NCBI RefSeq assembly: GCF_018977255.1
Contig: NW_024704742.1
Coordinates: 122,204,001-122,268,000, forward strand
Reading direction: 5' to 3'
DNA from: Callorhinchus milii
Taxonomy: Eukaryota
Length of the DNA: 64,000 nt
In this document: piece after piece, positions 62,211-64,000 of the stretch
Layout of the letters: the number at the start of each line of letters is the position of its first letter
How positions within the stretch are numbered: position 1 is the first letter of the stretch
Translations under genes and position numbers: made by a program
The notes under the pieces: model-generated
Database searches by the model: none
What the model was told of the DNA's origin: nothing
Seen by the model: only the letters and a program-made list of their open reading frames with translations

Positions 62211-64000
62211 TAAACATCCCATGGCAGGATTTACGTAGAAAAGAGAATTTTACAGTTTCCTGGCCGCCAATTCTGCAGATAAAAGTGGGTCATTCACTTC
62301 AAAGGCTGTTTCTGGGAAATTGCTCTACACAAATTGTCGACCACATTTGCCGACAATGACATCATAAAAATCCTATGAACCCCTTTGAGAATTCGGATGA
62401 CGTGACAAGGATTATTTATTATTATTCTATGCCCAGAGTGTCTTTGATGTTTTGACCAATATCAGCAGCTGCCTTCAGAATCTGGATCTTAGAAATGTAG
62501 TAAAGCAACTTTCAGATTGAGACTGAATGTAAGAATTTTCCAAAATTCTGCACACTATTTCATTGCAAGAGATAGACTTTAAGGTTGACACCATAGAGAA
62601 ATTTGGGGCCCAATTTCAGGCCTCTGAGTTGGGGGATACCATCAAAATACTCAGAAGATGCCAATGCCAAACTATTCTTGTTAATTTTGAGTCGGGCTGA
62701 AATAGGTTCTTAGTGCAGGATGAGTCATTTTGAGCAAACCCCAAATTTATCAAATGTTCCATTTATTAGTATAGTTGTTACTGAAAGAGCGATAAATGCA
62801 ATTCCCATTTAATATCATTAAAAAAAAAGCACATTTCACAGATCAGTCACCACTCGGGATTGAACCAGCAATTGCACTGATTCAGGGCAACCTCATTATA
62901 AAGCGCTTTGCTAACACAGGAGTTTGTTTTTTTAACACAGTGATCCTGTGGAGCCTTGGTTAACAAAAATGCGGTACACTTCCAGCAGGGACTTGATGGC
63001 TTCCAGTGTTGAAAAATAGACACCTTTCGGCTCATCAGGTCACCGCTGACTGAAAGTGGCATCACTGTGCCATTCGTTGCTTTGTGTTTGACCAGGGGAT
63101 CTGATCGTATAGATCCAGATCACAGCATTATAACGGGGTTGCTTTTTGTATAAAAATCCTTTTCACACCAGCAGATTGCAACCAAAGTAGTTAGGAGAAC
63201 CTACTCCGTCACTATGCCCCTAACCTCTGGAACATCCTGTCTCTACCCTTCCACCTCGTTCCCTCTCTATCAGTCTTTAAATCCCACTTCAAGATCACAC
63301 CTAGTGTTACCTCCCCCTTCCCTTGTCTCTGTTGCTTAACGTCTACCCCTGCCACTGTGAAGTGCTCCGAGATGTTCGTGAAAGGCGCTAAATAAAGTTG
63401 TTGATGTTCAGCTAAATATTCATTTATGTAGTTTTGAATTTTTTTCATTTTAATTAGATGGTATGTAGGGCCTAGCAATTTCACAATTTTGTTCTGTAAT
63501 TAGATATCATTTTCAAGGTGAATGTATGTTTTCTGGTGTACATTGTGACACAATTGTTTATAATTTCATAAACTTGTATTTTGTATTTGCTTAGTAAATA
63601 CTCTAAACAAACACTTATGTGTAGAGGTAAATTTTAATAATGTGTTACGTTTTAATTGATTAATTCAATGCTCCATTGAAAGTCAATATGTTTCCTTTCT
63701 CAACATACTAAAGTAGGCACAATTTGGGGTTTATCTTCAGAACAACCTTTGCTGCTGCGCATTTATAATATAAATAATCCCTGCATTTGATATTGCTCCT
63801 TGTCATATTGTTAATCTGCCTCAAAATGTGCACTTCACCAGATTTTACTATAAAGTGTATTTTGCAGCTAATGTGGGGGATAATTTGCACACAATAGTGT
63901 GCCATAAACAGCCATTGAAGTGAATGATCAACAACAACAATTTGGTTTATACAGTGCTCTTCATGCGAGGCATCATATCAAAGCAATTTTATCTGGGGGA

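Noticed and set aside
63019..63039. Minus-strand CTGATGAGCCGAAAGG, hammerhead-like
   Set aside because: No GAAA follows the putative stem II and no stems I/III can be formed; treated as a chance match.

Overview
Vertebrate genomic DNA. The repeat content (L2 and CR1 LINEs, Deu-domain tRNA SINEs, a Penelope-type palindromic element) points to a cartilaginous fish, possibly a holocephalan; this is an inference. The window lies in the 5' multi-promoter region of a PDE4D-type cAMP phosphodiesterase gene on the + strand. Two alternative first coding exons are recognisable, both ending in phase-2 GT donors: a PDE4D8-like exon (5037-5125) and a PDE4D9-like exon (57191-57261). The common UCR1 exons are not in the window. 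A third candidate first exon (55462-56037) carries a C-rich minisatellite inside its putative reading frame. The D8 promoter has two perfect CREs in tandem plus ETS-IRF and kB motifs. At the left edge is an intronless antisense MTFR1 C-terminal fragment, probably a 5'-truncated retrocopy. The rest is intron with many decayed or nested retroelements, including a Gypsy relic, a Penelope-derived palindrome carrying a degenerate hammerhead ribozyme, and an unexplained 161-bp foldback. Almost all listed ORFs are repeat-derived or spurious. I find no convincing wholly new multi-gene system; the best leads are the VNTR-containing exon, the retrocopy and the hammerhead element. Human reference sequences quoted here are recalled from memory, not searched.
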